In this document: positions 6,302-6,919 of the stretch, one piece after another | Layout: the number at the start of each line of letters is the position of its first letter | How positions within the stretch are numbered: position 1 is the stretch's first letter | Virus record (IMG/VR): IMGVR_UViG_2737471841_000008 | Location: 1 to 6,919 of that record | Length of the DNA stretch: 6,919 bases | Source of the DNA: a virus | Lineage: Duplodnaviria; Heunggongvirae; Uroviricota; Caudoviricetes | Reading direction: 5' to 3' (one strand) | Position numbers and translations under genes: made by a program | The notes under the pieces: model-generated | Databases searched by the model: none | Told to the model about the DNA's origin: nothing | Seen by the model: the letters and a program-made list of their open reading frames with translations, nothing else

Positions 6302-6919
6302 ATGGCTAGCGAACGCAGTACTGATGTGCAGGCATTTATCGGGGAGCTGGACGGCGGCGTATTTGAAACCAAAATCGGCGCAGTTCTCAGTGAAGTCGCT
6401 TCCGGTGTGATGAACACGAAAACCAAAGGTAAGGTCTCGCTCAACCTGGAAATCGAACCGTTTGATGAGAACCGAGTGAAAATCAAACACAAACTCTCAT
6501 ATGTTCGCCCGACTACCGCCTGTAAAGTGTTGCGTGATCAAATAGGCAAGCATCACAAATGGGTGTTTGTACATACCAAGGCGGCTAAGCGAGCAGATGG
6601 AACATCAACGCCTGCGGTCAGGAAGATGCGCATCGACAGCAAGACATCATGGCTATCAGCTTGTCGTCGTGCAGGAATTGAAGATTTCCGTTTCCATGAC
6701 CTCAGACACACCTGGGCAAGCTGGCTGATCCAGTCAGGCGTCCCATTATCTGTGCTTCAGGAAATGGGCGGATGGGAGTCCATAGAAATGGTTCGTAGGT
6801 ATGCTCACCTTGCGCCTAATCATTTGACAGAGCATGCAAGGAAAATAGACGACATTTTTGGTGATAATGTCCCAAATATGTCCCACTGTGGAATTATGGA
6901 GGATATAAAGAAGGCGTAA
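6302..6919 (+). CDS. Integrase-like ORF (205 aa): unrecognised ~85-aa N-terminal part fused in frame to a tyrosine-recombinase C-terminal catalytic tail; probable integrase remnant
   Basis: ATG at 6302 with AGGAG at 6290-6294; stop TAA at 6917-6919. The C-terminal half ...[60 protein letters not shown] carries box II H-x-x-R (HDLRHT), the conserved Trp, and the catalytic Tyr in RYAHL. No box I TGxRxxE motif is present in the N-terminal part. The same frame stays open back to an ATG at 5984, but that stretch translates to Arg/Cys/Trp-rich sequence that does not look protein-like. Confidence 0.6.
   Translation: MASERSTDVQAFIGELDGGVFETKIGAVLSEVASGVMNTKTKGKVSLNLEIEPFDENRVKIKHKLSYVRPTTACKVLRDQIGKHHKWVFVHTKAAKRADGTSTPAVRKMRIDSKTSWLSACRRAGIEDFRFHDLRHTWASWLIQSGVPLSVLQEMGGWESIEMVRRYAHLAPNHLTEHARKIDDIFGDNVPNMSHCGIMEDIKKA

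Noticed and set aside
6005-6492. Minus-strand ORFs 6005-6490 and 6226-6492 antisense to the integrase-like ORF
   Set aside because: They are antisense shadows of the plus-strand coding frame and upstream region, with no recognisable protein features.

Overview
This window is a mosaic, heavily deleted lambdoid prophage of the E. coli DLP12 / phage 21 / lambda type, read here in reverse of the usual prophage map. From high to low coordinates it carries a Q-family late antiterminator (5404-5787, -), an intact phage-borne outer-membrane porin of the NmpC/Lc type (4117-5214, +), a complete phage-21-type lysis cassette on the minus strand (pinholin S, SAR endolysin R, Rz with embedded Rz1, 2374-3544), the lipoprotein Bor (2049-2342, +), and a 5'-truncated side-tail-fibre gene with an intact tail-fibre-assembly gene (1-1799, -). 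Everything that should lie between bor and the middle of stf (cos, terminase, head and tail genes) is missing, and so is the whole early region upstream of Q. In place of the early region there is a ~500 bp GC-rich, strongly structured non-coding segment (5788-6301) followed by a short ORF (6302-6919, +) whose C-terminal half is an unmistakable tyrosine-recombinase catalytic tail. No tRNA, rRNA, CRISPR array or IS element was recognised. The most interesting unexplained parts are the structured 5788-6301 segment with its chimeric-looking integrase ORF, and the stacked, strand-specific terminator hairpins between Q and the porin gene. All protein identities are from my recall of family sequences and motifs, not from a database search; all hairpins and repeats were paired by hand.
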